Assembly: GCA_041658605.1 (NCBI GenBank)
Contig: JBAZZU010000002.1
Location: forward strand, 1,477-65,476
Direction of reading: 5' to 3'
Origin: Thermoleophilia bacterium
GTDB lineage: Bacteria; Actinomycetota; Thermoleophilia; BMS3ABIN01
DNA length: 64,000 nt
The position numbers were made by a program, and so were the translations under genes. Below, one piece after another: positions 19,765 through 30,272 of the stretch. The notes below the pieces were generated by a model. It did no database searches, was not told where the DNA came from, and saw only the letters and a list, made by a program, of their open reading frames with translations. Position 1 is the first letter of the stretch, and each line of letters starts with the position of its first letter.

Positions 19765-20352
19765 TTAAAAAACAATAAAGAAAAGCGTCCATAGCGCTCC
19801 TGTGAGCAGACCGACCGCGGTGCCCGCCAGAACGTCCGAGGGATAGTGAACTCCGACGTAGACGCGCGACCACGACATCAGTAAAGCCAGGCCATAAAAC
19901 AGAGGCGCCAGCGAAGGCTGGATATATGTGAGGATCGTCGCCGCGCCAAAGGACATCGCCGCATGTGACGAGGGGAACGACTTGCTGGACGGAACACCTA
20001 CGAGCGGTTTTAAGGCCGGGTCATCGGAAGCGGGCCTTTCGCGCCGGAGGGATTCCTTTAAAAAAGAATTGAACACCATGGTGGAAAAGACCACCACGGG
20101 GACGGAGACGATCATGGGCCTGCCGTGTTCGGAGCCGGAGCGCCAGTAAGCCAGCGCAAAAACCGATGCCAGCGCCACCCAGAAAATTCCCCAGTTGCCG
20201 GTTCTGGAAAACATGGATATCGCGAGCTCCAGTGGGCGTGAGTGGCACTTCGTCCTGAAGGCGCGGTAAACGCGGTAATCGAGGCTTTCACTCTTGTCAG
20301 CGGCGGGTTGCGACAGGTTCATATTGATTTCACTTTCAGGGTTAGAGTTCAA
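19765..20352 (-). CDS. PAP2-family phosphatase, membrane-bound.
   Basis: KxxxxxxRP, PSGH-like PSSHAA and SRxxxxxHxxxD motifs. Confidence 0.75.
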   Translation of the reverse strand: MNSNPESEINMNLSQPAADKSESLDYRVYRAFRTKCHSRPLELAISMFSRTGNWGIFWVALASVFALAYWRSGSEHGRPMIVSVPVVVFSTMVFNSFLKESLRRERPASDDPALKPLVGVPSSKSFPSSHAAMSFGAATILTYIQPSLAPLFYGLALLMSWSRVYVGVHYPSDVLAGTAVGLLTGALWTLFFIVF

Positions 20353-20621
20353 TGTGCTTCCACTTCCGGTTGGTAGATTTCAAAAGGAATACCCTCTGAG
20401 ATTAACAAATTACGGACGTCTTTGACGTCAACCGCCGTCACCTCGATGGCCAGTCCGCACAGCGAAGTCATCGTGCCCGGAGGCCGCGGGACGACATCGC
20501 ACCAGAAACCGGCGTCGATTACCAGCTGTTCGGCCGCCATGGCCGCGTGGGTGGTATCGAACAGAAAAATAGCTCTCCCGCCGGGGGAGGATGTCGATGA
20601 ATTGTCGCTGCCGGGTGGCAC
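20349..20621 (-). CDS. DUF3343-like small protein (putative Se/S carrier-like fold).
   Basis: 90 aa. The pattern IFLFDTTHAAMAAEQ...DVVPRP...CGLAIE matches DUF3343. Confidence 0.55.
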   Translation of the reverse strand: MPPGSDNSSTSSPGGRAIFLFDTTHAAMAAEQLVIDAGFWCDVVPRPPGTMTSLCGLAIEVTAVDVKDVRNLLISEGIPFEIYQPEVEAH

Positions 20622-20628
20622 TTATGCC

Positions 20629-21441
20629 CTACCGGGCACGGAAACGCATCTGGTTGCCCGGGGTTATCTGGAACACTCTCGCGGCGTCACCCTGGTTTAC
20701 CGCAAAAGAGATCTGCCTGTAGGAATCCTCATAGACGAGGATATTTTCCTGGTCGACGTCTGCGAAAGACTGCACGAAAGGAACTTCCCAGCGCTCATCG
20801 CCGTGCGTAACCTCGACTTTTCCTCCCAGCCCGGCGCCGATGCTTTCAAGCTCACCCCTTGTGAGGTTGAGCTGTACGTTGCCGAAGCGGTCGGTGTAAA
20901 CAACGGTGGCTATTACGCCACCATCCGCCATCAGGGGTTCCGGCAAAGTCACGCGCTGGAGTGTATCGACATCGACCGGCGCTCCCAGTTTTTCGATCGC
21001 CACGCCCCGCGAAAGGTGGGCCGCCGCCGGGGAAAACAGGTCCCGGCCTTCGAAGGTCTTGCAGACTTCAGGCAGGCTGTAGGTTGAGCAGGCCAGCTCC
21101 ACCGCCATATCGGCTCCGCCGAGGGCGTCGGCCGCCAGCGAGAGCAGTCCGTTATCCGGTCCCACGAGATAGCGGCCCTGGGCCGTGCGGATGGCCAGCG
21201 GCTTGCGGTCACCGCCGACACCGGGGTCGACTACGCCCAGGATGACGCTCTCCGGCATATAGGGAAGCGTGTTCTTTATGACGATGGCGCCCTCGAGGAT
21301 ATGATGGCGCGTGATCTCATGGGTGAGGTCGATGATCTGCACTTCGGGGGCGATCTTCTTGATGACCCCGTGGCAGGTGCCGACGAAATCGTCGGTGAGG
21401 CCGAAATCGCTTAAAAAGGTTATGAATCTATGTTCCGTCAT
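20629..21441 (-). CDS. SAM hydroxide adenosyltransferase / SAM hydrolase family (DUF62).
   Basis: N-terminus ITFLSDFGLTDDFVGTCHGVI and the C-terminal beta domain typical of DUF62. The start is taken at MTEHRF. Confidence 0.75.
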   Translation of the reverse strand: MTEHRFITFLSDFGLTDDFVGTCHGVIKKIAPEVQIIDLTHEITRHHILEGAIVIKNTLPYMPESVILGVVDPGVGGDRKPLAIRTAQGRYLVGPDNGLLSLAADALGGADMAVELACSTYSLPEVCKTFEGRDLFSPAAAHLSRGVAIEKLGAPVDVDTLQRVTLPEPLMADGGVIATVVYTDRFGNVQLNLTRGELESIGAGLGGKVEVTHGDERWEVPFVQSFADVDQENILVYEDSYRQISFAVNQGDAARVFQITPGNQMRFRAR

Positions 21442-21486
21442 GACGACTCCCAATGAAGTGAAGGCCAAATATGCGTAGCACTCCGC

Positions 21487-21522
21487 ATTGTCATCCTGAG
21501 GCGCGCAGCGCCGAAGGATCTC
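21487..21522. repeat. Dispersed short copy of the TGTCATCCTGAGG...GAAGGATCT motif.
   Basis: ATTGTCATCCTGAGGCGCGCAGCGCCGAAGGATCTC. A third copy lies at 48634-48666. Confidence 0.5.
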
Positions 21523-21603
21523 AACAATACCACTCCAGCATTCGCCCCACCCTGCAAGTATATCAAATCAAATCTTTCCACTTTTACCGCAACATTCGTC
21601 AGT

Positions 21604-22404
21604 TCACCCAAGCTGAAAACCAAGCGACCCCAGCGTCACGCTCGCGGCGATGTCCAGCACTGGCGTTACTCCGTCCATCGCGGCTTTCGTCCAGAAGGCG
21701 CCCTCCTGCTTGGTAAATCCGTCGCCTACATCCAGTCCGCCGATCACCGAGCTCGGCGTGATCTTCGCGGCTGTCGCCGCCGGGACGGTGATTTTGACAG
21801 CGGCCATGCCGACGTCGATCCTGACGCTGGCGTCACGCTTCAGCTCGCCGCCGAAATCGAACTCGTACGAGGAGGCGCCGCCGTTCATCCGCATCTCGGC
21901 GAAGTTGGCGTTGGCCAGGTTGCGCATCGAGAGGCTAACCGCGCCGGTATCGATGTCGATCAGCCCCATTTCCTGCGGGTTGGGTTTGGAGAAATCAAAC
22001 GAGCTCTTGCCCGCCCCCTGTCTGACGGTGAGGCCGGTCACCGGCAGCCCGCCAAGCTCGAAACTGTTGTTGCTGGCGCCGCCCTCGAGCGTCAGCCGGT
22101 AGGGGGTTTTATCCCCCAGCCTGAGCGCCATCCGCGGTGCTCCGGAAAAAGCCGTCTTGAAGCGCGACAGGCTGGATTTCTGGGTTACCCTGACGGTGTC
22201 GCCTTCCTGCACGACTTTGGATTCCAGGCCGCCAGTCGGGTCTTCATATGTCCCGCTGACCAACGCGATCTCTTCCCCCGGCGTGACCTCCAGATGGCAG
22301 GCGCCGACGCTGATCTTCAGATGCGGTTCTCCGGAGGCCGGCCATCCGGCGACGAGTTGTTCGGTTTGCAGCTCAGACATATCCATCTCCTTTTTGGAAT
22401 CCAA
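21604..22404 (-). CDS. DUF4097/LiaG-like beta-strand repeat protein (putative adhesin / toast-rack fold).
   Basis: Repetitive G/T/V-rich beta-strand segments. The family assignment is tentative. Confidence 0.45.
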   Translation of the reverse strand: MDSKKEMDMSELQTEQLVAGWPASGEPHLKISVGACHLEVTPGEEIALVSGTYEDPTGGLESKVVQEGDTVRVTQKSSLSRFKTAFSGAPRMALRLGDKTPYRLTLEGGASNNSFELGGLPVTGLTVRQGAGKSSFDFSKPNPQEMGLIDIDTGAVSLSMRNLANANFAEMRMNGGASSYEFDFGGELKRDASVRIDVGMAAVKITVPAATAAKITPSSVIGGLDVGDGFTKQEGAFWTKAAMDGVTPVLDIAASVTLGSLGFQLG

Positions 22405-22603
22405 TCAATTTCAAGCTCGGTCCGGATAATTCATATATTCTGTATGGCAGTCTTTATGTGTAGCAGATGCCCCGCGCTGAGCGAGTTCAAACACGGGCTT
22501 CGGATGTTATACCGCCCCGAATTTATTCCGTCCACCGCTTCTGCTATACTCTTTTCTTCCTCAAACAGAAGAATATCTTCCACTCCTGCTCCATGCCAGA
22601 CGC

Positions 22604-22942
22604 ATGGGGCCGCCCAGACCGAAGGAGGTGAGAACCACGAGCAATTACGAAATAATGCTTCTGCTGAACCCGGAAGCGGAGCCCGAGCGCCAGAAGGAAA
22701 TCCTGGAGCGCATCACAAAAACGGCCGACGACGGCCAGGGCAAGGTTGAAAAGGTCGAGGAATGGGGCAAGAGACGCCTCGCCTACGAGATCAACCACAT
22801 CCGCGACGCCTTCTATTATGTAATCACTCTCACCGCACCTGCGGCTGCGCTTGACGAAATCTCGCGCATCCTGAGAATAACCGACGAGGTCATCCGCTTC
22901 ATGCCGGTGGCACTCAAGGAAAAAGTAGCCAGTGAGAGTTAA
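22604..22942 (+). CDS. rpsF: 30S ribosomal protein S6. The exact start is uncertain.
   Basis: NYEIMLLLNP...WGKRRLAY signature. Confidence 0.85.
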   Translation: MGPPRPKEVRTTSNYEIMLLLNPEAEPERQKEILERITKTADDGQGKVEKVEEWGKRRLAYEINHIRDAFYYVITLTAPAAALDEISRILRITDEVIRFMPVALKEKVASES

Positions 22943-22954
22943 AGGAGGCCCAAA

Positions 22955-23407
22955 ATGGCCAGCATCAACAGAGTAGTACTGGTAGGAAACCTGACCCGCG
23001 ACCCCGAGCTGAGGACTACGCCGAACGGCAAGTCCGTCTGCACGCTGGGATTGGCGGTCAACGAAGGTTACAAGAACGACGCCGGACAGTGGGTCGAGAA
23101 ACCCAACTTCTTCGACATCGTCGTCTGGGGAGCGCAGGCGGAGAACTGCAGCCGCTACCTGGCCAAGGGACGGCCAATCGCCGTAGACGGACGTTTGAGC
23201 TACCGCGCCTGGGAAGCCCAGGACGGGAGCAAGCGCTCGAAGGTCGAAGTCATCGCCAACACCGTGCAGTTCCTCGGTTCGAAGCAGGACTCGGGTTCTT
23301 CGGCGGGCGCTCCGGTAGCGGCGGGCGCGCCTTCAGGGCTGGAGCCGGACACGTCCGACTTCAACGCTCCGGCAGCCGCGTCCAGCGACGACGACATACC
23401 GTTCTAG
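22955..23407 (+). CDS. ssb: Single-stranded DNA-binding protein.
   Basis: OB fold with a Gly/Ala-rich tail ending in DDDIPF. Confidence 0.9.
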   Translation: MASINRVVLVGNLTRDPELRTTPNGKSVCTLGLAVNEGYKNDAGQWVEKPNFFDIVVWGAQAENCSRYLAKGRPIAVDGRLSYRAWEAQDGSKRSKVEVIANTVQFLGSKQDSGSSAGAPVAAGAPSGLEPDTSDFNAPAAASSDDDIPF

Positions 23408-23532
23408 CGAAAGCGTAATAAACCGGTTTCCGGGATAAATGGAACCTGCCGGGCTTCGGCTGATCGAAGTGGAAAAGCCGTGCCTGGCCGGAAACCGGAT
23501 TCACATTAATAACGAATCGAAGGTAAGGATAT

Positions 23533-23808
23533 ATGCCACCATCAAAAGGACCGCGCAAAAGCGGCACCAAGCGCCCTTCCTGGCGGAGCGGAGCCGGCTC
23601 CCAGAGGCGTAAGTACTGCTACTTCTGCAAGGAAAAAATCGTAGAGATCGACTACAAGAACTACAACCAGCTGCGGCGTTACGTTTCCGACCGCGGCAAG
23701 ATACGTGCCCGTCGGGTAACCGGAACCTGCCGGCGCCATCAGGCCCAGCTGGCAATCGCGGTCAAGCGTTCCCGCGAGATGGCGCTGCTGCCCTACGTGG
23801 CCAGATAG
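23533..23808 (+). CDS. rpsR: 30S ribosomal protein S18.
   Basis: Conserved YCYFC...[10 protein letters not shown] core. Confidence 0.9.
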   Translation: MPPSKGPRKSGTKRPSWRSGAGSQRRKYCYFCKEKIVEIDYKNYNQLRRYVSDRGKIRARRVTGTCRRHQAQLAIAVKRSREMALLPYVAR

Positions 23809-23836
23809 CTCCGGTCCTGGTGTTTGCGGGAGCGGC

Positions 23837-24832
23837 ATGAGCGATGGAACCGAACCGGTATTGCCGGACAGCGGCAAGGCACTGGCGGCATCGACGGGCC
23901 TTGGGATAATGATTGCTTTCATGCCGCTGCTGGCGGTTGTGGCCGTACCGGCGCTTCCGGTCCCGGTGGCTTACATCACCTCGCGCCATGGATTCCTTTC
24001 AGGATTCCTCGTCAGCATGCTGGCGGGAGCGATATGCATGGGGCTGACCGTACCGCTGCTCGGTGTTTACGCGGGGCTGCTGATCTTCGTTGTCCTGGTG
24101 TTCGCGGGCATCGGCGGCGGATTTGCCATAAAAAGCGGCATGCCCCAGTTCAGGCTGTTCATGTTAATGGTCGGGATCTTTTTCGTGACGCTGTTTATCT
24201 GGCTGGGCGCCCTGCTGCTGGTCACAGGCAATGATCCGGTGAGCGCTGCCAATGCCATGTTTGATACGGCACTGGAGCCGAGCCGGGAGATTTACCAGCA
24301 GATTGGCCTGAGCGAACAGGACATCGACTCGAATATCTCGGATGCGCGGGATTTCGCCTCGTCACTGCCTTATATGGCGCCGTCACTGGTATTGCTGGTT
24401 TCCTTCCTGTTTTCAGGAGTCAACCTGGCCTTAGCGAGGCGGTCATTTGAGCGGTTGCACCAGCCGTTCCCGGTGGATTTCCTTTTCCGGGATTTCCGGG
24501 TGCACTGGACGTTCGCCTACGTGTTTATATTCGGGCTGTTATGCCAGCTGATGGTGCCGTACGCGCCCGACACATATTCGTACGCGCTCGAGCTGACTGG
24601 TGCCAATGTCTACCTCGTTACATCGGTGCTTTTTTTCATACAGGGCCTGGCGGTGGCGAGTTTCTTCCTCCGGGCATACAAGCTTACGCGAGGGAAACGG
24701 CTGGCGGTCTACGCGGGCCTTTTCCTTCTGGAGCTGGCCTTATCGCTGACGATGTGGATGGGCCTTTTCGACACGTGGCTGGACTATCGGCATCGCTTTG
24801 GCAAGAACAAGATGCAGGGAACGCAGCTCTGA
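23837..24832 (+). CDS. YybS-like DUF2232 membrane protein.
   Basis: Polytopic membrane protein in the conserved rpsR-yybS-rplI position. Confidence 0.6.
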   Translation: MSDGTEPVLPDSGKALAASTGLGIMIAFMPLLAVVAVPALPVPVAYITSRHGFLSGFLVSMLAGAICMGLTVPLLGVYAGLLIFVVLVFAGIGGGFAIKSGMPQFRLFMLMVGIFFVTLFIWLGALLLVTGNDPVSAANAMFDTALEPSREIYQQIGLSEQDIDSNISDARDFASSLPYMAPSLVLLVSFLFSGVNLALARRSFERLHQPFPVDFLFRDFRVHWTFAYVFIFGLLCQLMVPYAPDTYSYALELTGANVYLVTSVLFFIQGLAVASFFLRAYKLTRGKRLAVYAGLFLLELALSLTMWMGLFDTWLDYRHRFGKNKMQGTQL

Positions 24833-24906
24833 AAACCGCAAAGAGCGGCATAAAAAAATATCTGTAAATAGCTGATTTAACTGGAATAGAGAGGAGACCG
24901 GAAGGC

Positions 24907-25356
24907 ATGGACGTGATATTGTTGCAGGACGTTGAGAACCTTGGCGACAAGGGTAAGGTTGTTTCCGTCTCAGACGGATACGTGCGAAATTACCTGCTGC
25001 CGCGCAAGCTGGTAGAGGTGGCTTCGCCCGGCAGGATCGAAGAGATAAGGCGCAGGCAGGAAGCCGAGGAGGCCAAAAAGATCAAGGATGTCGAGCGCGC
25101 CGGCGAGACGGCGGAGGTTCTCGGCAAGACCGTTATAACCGTAACCGCCAAGGCCGGCGAGGATGGCAAGCTGTTCGGTTCGGTCACATCCGCGGACATC
25201 TCCAAGGGGATCCTGCAGGCCCGCGACGTCAAGATCGACAAGAAGAAGATCAACCTCGAGGAGCCCATCAAGGAGCTCGGCGACTACATGGTTGAAGTGG
25301 AAGTCAATACAGGCGTCATAACCAAAGTGAAAGTCATAGTCGCGGCCGAAGTCTGA
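24907..25356 (+). CDS. rplI: 50S ribosomal protein L9.
   Basis: MDVILLQDVENLG N-terminus. Confidence 0.9.
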   Translation: MDVILLQDVENLGDKGKVVSVSDGYVRNYLLPRKLVEVASPGRIEEIRRRQEAEEAKKIKDVERAGETAEVLGKTVITVTAKAGEDGKLFGSVTSADISKGILQARDVKIDKKKINLEEPIKELGDYMVEVEVNTGVITKVKVIVAAEV

Positions 25357-25414
25357 AACCGCCCGGAGGTATCAGGGATACGGTAAGCCGCAAACAGGAC
25401 GACCCGGGAATAGA

Positions 25415-26755
25415 TTGGCACAAAATCTGAAAAATGCCGTGGCAACCGGCCTGCCTCCCCAGAACCTGGAGGCGGAAGAGTCGGTGCTGGGCGCGATGAT
25501 GATCTCGCCCGGGGCCATCTCCGCCTTGATAGAGCTCGTGCACGAGCAGGACTTCTACCGCGACTCGCACCGGGCGATATTCAGCAGCATCGTCGATCTT
25601 TTTAACAAGGGCGAGCCGGCAGACCCCGTCACGGTAGCCGAGCATCTCACCAGCCGCGGCAAGCTGGAACAGGTCGGCGGCACGCCTTACATCCATACCC
25701 TGATATCAACAGTGCCTGCGGCCTCGAACGCCTCGCGCTACGCCGGTATCGTCAGGGAGAACGCCGTCCTCAGGTCACTTATCGAGGTAGGCAACCGGAT
25801 AGCACAACTCGGTTACGAGCGTCCTGGCGAAGTCAGGGATCTGCTGGACGAGTGCGAGAAGATGGTTTTCGACATCTCGCAGAACCAGCTGCGCGGCGAA
25901 GTGCGAAGTTTGAACGAGCTCATGAACGAGCAGTTCTCAAAGATAGAGAAGATGCACGAGGCGGGCAAAGCCATCACCGGAACTCCCTCGGGCTTCATCG
26001 ACCTCGACAAGGTCACTTCGGGGTTTCAGCCATCCAACCTAATCATCCTTGCGGCAAGGCCATCCATGGGCAAGACCGCCCTGGCCCTGGACATTGCCCA
26101 GAATGTGGCGCTCAAGGAAAAAAAGCACGTCGTCTTCTTCAGCCTGGAGATGAGCGACAGCGAACTTGCCCAGAGGCTCATGTGTACCCAGGCAAGGGTG
26201 GACAGCCACCGCATGCGCACCGGAGCTCTCGGCTCCGACGACTGGGCCAAGCTGACCGACGCCTGCAATCGCCTGGAGGGCGCGCCGATGACTATCGTCG
26301 ATTGCCCGGGCGCCAACATGCTCGAGATCAGGGCGCAGTCACGGCGACTGGCCAGCAAACACGACCTCGGGCTGGTGATAATCGACTACATGCAGCTGAT
26401 GGAGTCAGACAGCCGCTCGCAGAGCCGGGAACAGGAAGTCGCGAAGATGTCACGTTCGCTCAAGTTTCTGGCGCGCGATCTGAAAGTGCCGGTGCTGGCC
26501 CTTTCGCAGCTGTCACGCGCGACGGAATCGCGCACGCCGCCACGGCCGGTCCTCTCCGACCTGCGTGAGTCCGGCTCCATCGAACAGGACGCCGATCTCG
26601 TGATGTTCATCTATCGGCCCCGCAACGAGGATAACCACCTTGAGAATACCGCGGAGCTTCATCTGGCCAAGCACCGTAACGGTCCGACCCGGACTCTCGA
26701 TCTTGTGTTCCAGGAAAAGTACGCCTCTTTCAGCAGCGCGGCCTCCCGGGGCTGA
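25415..26755 (+). CDS. dnaB: Replicative DNA helicase DnaB. No intein.
   Basis: LPPQNLEAEESVLG N-terminus plus Walker A/B and the RecA-like core. Confidence 0.9.
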   Translation: MAQNLKNAVATGLPPQNLEAEESVLGAMMISPGAISALIELVHEQDFYRDSHRAIFSSIVDLFNKGEPADPVTVAEHLTSRGKLEQVGGTPYIHTLISTVPAASNASRYAGIVRENAVLRSLIEVGNRIAQLGYERPGEVRDLLDECEKMVFDISQNQLRGEVRSLNELMNEQFSKIEKMHEAGKAITGTPSGFIDLDKVTSGFQPSNLIILAARPSMGKTALALDIAQNVALKEKKHVVFFSLEMSDSELAQRLMCTQARVDSHRMRTGALGSDDWAKLTDACNRLEGAPMTIVDCPGANMLEIRAQSRRLASKHDLGLVIIDYMQLMESDSRSQSREQEVAKMSRSLKFLARDLKVPVLALSQLSRATESRTPPRPVLSDLRESGSIEQDADLVMFIYRPRNEDNHLENTAELHLAKHRNGPTRTLDLVFQEKYASFSSAASRG

Positions 26756-26794
26756 CAGCCGCCCCGGCGCCGATCATGTGAACCGGGTTCAAAC

Positions 26795-28297
26795 GTGAGC
26801 CGGATTTATGAAAAACGCATCCAGGGGGCACACTCGGTGTCTCACAGCGCTGTTCCAGCGCAATGGATCTCTCCCACGCGCCTCATCAGGGAACTCGGGC
26901 TGCCCGGCGGCGGCAAATATATTCTTCTCGATAGCGCCGGCGGCAATCCCCACCTGTGCCGTTATTCCTTTCTTGCCTGGGACCCAAGGCTTGAACTGAC
27001 TCTGCACAGCGGCAGCGCGGCGATTACCCTTTCAGAAGGGCCGGGCTCCATGGAGATGGATACAGACTACATCGAAGTTACCGACCCCTTCGCTCTTCTC
27101 AGACAGTTGCTTCACGACCTGGCTCCGGAAGCATCGGCCGGCGCAGACGCGACAGGCTTCCCGGTTTCCGGCGGCGCTTTCGGCATGCTGGGATATGACG
27201 CCGGCCGCTATATCGAGAAGCTTCCCAGTCTTGCGAATGACGACCTCGACCTGCCTGAATTCCACTTCATCTTCCCCCGGAAACTGATCTGTTTCGATCA
27301 TGAGACCGGAACCGCCAACCTGTTCTTCGAGGACGCCGCTCCCGGCGAGCTGGCCGCCGCCGAAGAGGCCCTGCGCATGCAGTCGCCGGACAGCGAAACT
27401 TCCGCCGACGCCTCTGCTGGCAGGCACGAATTCAGCCTCAGCCATGAAACGCAGTCAAACATGACGCAGGAGGGTTTTACGAGGATCGTCCGGCGCGCGA
27501 AGGAATATATACTCGCTGGCGACATCTTTCAGTCCAACCTCTCACAGCGCCTCGAGCTCGAATATGACGGCGACAGCCTCGCGCTCTATGACGCGCTCAG
27601 GGCTGTAAATCCGTCGCCCTTCGCCGGGTTCCTCGATATGGGCGATTACCAGATCATCTCGTCGTCACCGGAGCGGCTCGTGCAGCTGGACGGCCGCGAA
27701 GCCCAGACCCGCCCTATCGCCGGCACCCGTCGCCGGGGTGTCGATAACGCCGAGGACGACGATCTCAGGGAGGAGCTCAACCTCGACCCCAAGGAGCGCG
27801 CCGAGCACATCATGCTGGTGGACCTGGAGAGGAACGACATGGGCCGGGTCTGCGATTACGGCAGCGTGCGGGTCGACGAGCTGATGGTCAACGAGGCGTA
27901 CTCGCACGTCACGCATATCGTCTCCAACGTCCAGGGCGAGCTTTACAGAACCAGGGACGCCATCGACCTTCTGAAAGCCATGTTTCCCGGCGGCACCATC
28001 ACCGGCTGCCCCAAGGTCCGCTGCATGGAGATCATCGACGAGCTGGAGCCGGTCCGACGTGGCCCCTACACCGGCAGCTTCGGCTACATCGGTTACAATG
28101 GCAACATGGACATGAATATAATCATCAGGACCCTGGTCCGCATCGGAAGCTTTGTTTTCGTCCAGGCGGGCGCCGGCATTGTCGCCGACTCCGACCCCGA
28201 ACGCGAGTACCGCGAGACCCTCCGCAAGGCGGAGGCCATGGTGCGGGCGGTCCAGCTGGCGAAAAAAACCGTCCCCGACTCCGGGCCGATTGTCTGA
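26795..28297 (+). CDS. pabB: Aminodeoxychorismate / anthranilate synthase component I (chorismate-binding).
   Basis: Chorismate-binding domain motifs: PFAGFLD, SSSPERL, GTRRRG. Confidence 0.75.
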   Translation: MSRIYEKRIQGAHSVSHSAVPAQWISPTRLIRELGLPGGGKYILLDSAGGNPHLCRYSFLAWDPRLELTLHSGSAAITLSEGPGSMEMDTDYIEVTDPFALLRQLLHDLAPEASAGADATGFPVSGGAFGMLGYDAGRYIEKLPSLANDDLDLPEFHFIFPRKLICFDHETGTANLFFEDAAPGELAAAEEALRMQSPDSETSADASAGRHEFSLSHETQSNMTQEGFTRIVRRAKEYILAGDIFQSNLSQRLELEYDGDSLALYDALRAVNPSPFAGFLDMGDYQIISSSPERLVQLDGREAQTRPIAGTRRRGVDNAEDDDLREELNLDPKERAEHIMLVDLERNDMGRVCDYGSVRVDELMVNEAYSHVTHIVSNVQGELYRTRDAIDLLKAMFPGGTITGCPKVRCMEIIDELEPVRRGPYTGSFGYIGYNGNMDMNIIIRTLVRIGSFVFVQAGAGIVADSDPEREYRETLRKAEAMVRAVQLAKKTVPDSGPIV

Positions 28298-28340
28298 TGG
28301 GAGAGAGCAGCCATGAAGAGCCTGTGGGAAAAACCAAAGG

Positions 28341-29222
28341 TTGCCTGATCCGTTGAGCTTCGTATGTCTGAATAACGAAATAATCAAGGCTTCCGAGGCG
28401 AAGGTCTCTGTTTTCGATCGCGGCTTTCTCTATGGCGACGCCCTTTTCGAGACGCTTAAGGTCATGAGCGGGAAACCGGTTTTTCTGAGCGAACACTACG
28501 GGCGCCTGAAAACAGGGATCAGGGACGCGGGTTTCGGCGCCGTCCCCGGACTGGCGGAGATGAGCAGGCAGGCGGTTCTGCTGGCGCAGAAGAACGAGGT
28601 GGAGCTGGGACGGCTTCGCATCCTTGTGACCAGGGGGGCCACGGAAGAATCATCCGGGCCTGACCCGGTCGAAGGTATGGAGCCCACGGTGCTGATCACG
28701 CTCGAGGCGTTCCAGGGATTCCCGGGGGAGATCTACGAAACCGGCGTGGCCGTAAAGACGGTTCCGGCTAACCGCGGAAGATACGCCGGCCTCAAGTCAT
28801 CGGGGCTGATGGGAGCGATCATGGCCAGAAAACTGGCTCAGGACGCGGGTGCCCACGAGGCCATTCTGACGACCGGCCACGGCCGTATCCTCGAGGGGGC
28901 CTATTCCAACATCTTCTTCCTCGCGGGAAATATACTGGTCACAGCGGCGGCATCAGACCCGATCCTTCCCGGAGTGACAAGGCAGAAGGTTATTGACATG
29001 GCTCCGGAAATGGGATTCATCGTGGAGGAGCACGCGCCAAAAATAGAAGCGCTGGGTTTTGGCGAAACCACCGCTTTTCTGACCAGCAGCCTGCTGGGTG
29101 TCTGCCCGGTCAGCGAGATAAATGGAACGCCGCTCAGGCTGGATCAGGAAGTCTGCGGCCGGCTGGCCGGCAAACTCACGGCACTGGAGCTGAGGGATAT
29201 CGAGGGCATCCCGCTCCCCTGA
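28341..29222 (+). CDS. pabC: Class IV aminotransferase / aminodeoxychorismate lyase.
   Basis: DRGFLYGDALFET motif. TTG start. Confidence 0.7.
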   Translation: MPDPLSFVCLNNEIIKASEAKVSVFDRGFLYGDALFETLKVMSGKPVFLSEHYGRLKTGIRDAGFGAVPGLAEMSRQAVLLAQKNEVELGRLRILVTRGATEESSGPDPVEGMEPTVLITLEAFQGFPGEIYETGVAVKTVPANRGRYAGLKSSGLMGAIMARKLAQDAGAHEAILTTGHGRILEGAYSNIFFLAGNILVTAAASDPILPGVTRQKVIDMAPEMGFIVEEHAPKIEALGFGETTAFLTSSLLGVCPVSEINGTPLRLDQEVCGRLAGKLTALELRDIEGIPLP

Positions 29223-29228
29223 TTCCCA

Positions 29229-30221
<993 letters not shown>

Positions 30222-30272
30222 CTTCCTTCGTCTAGTTTGCTTGCCGCCAAGCGGCGCCGGCCTTCGTCTCTT

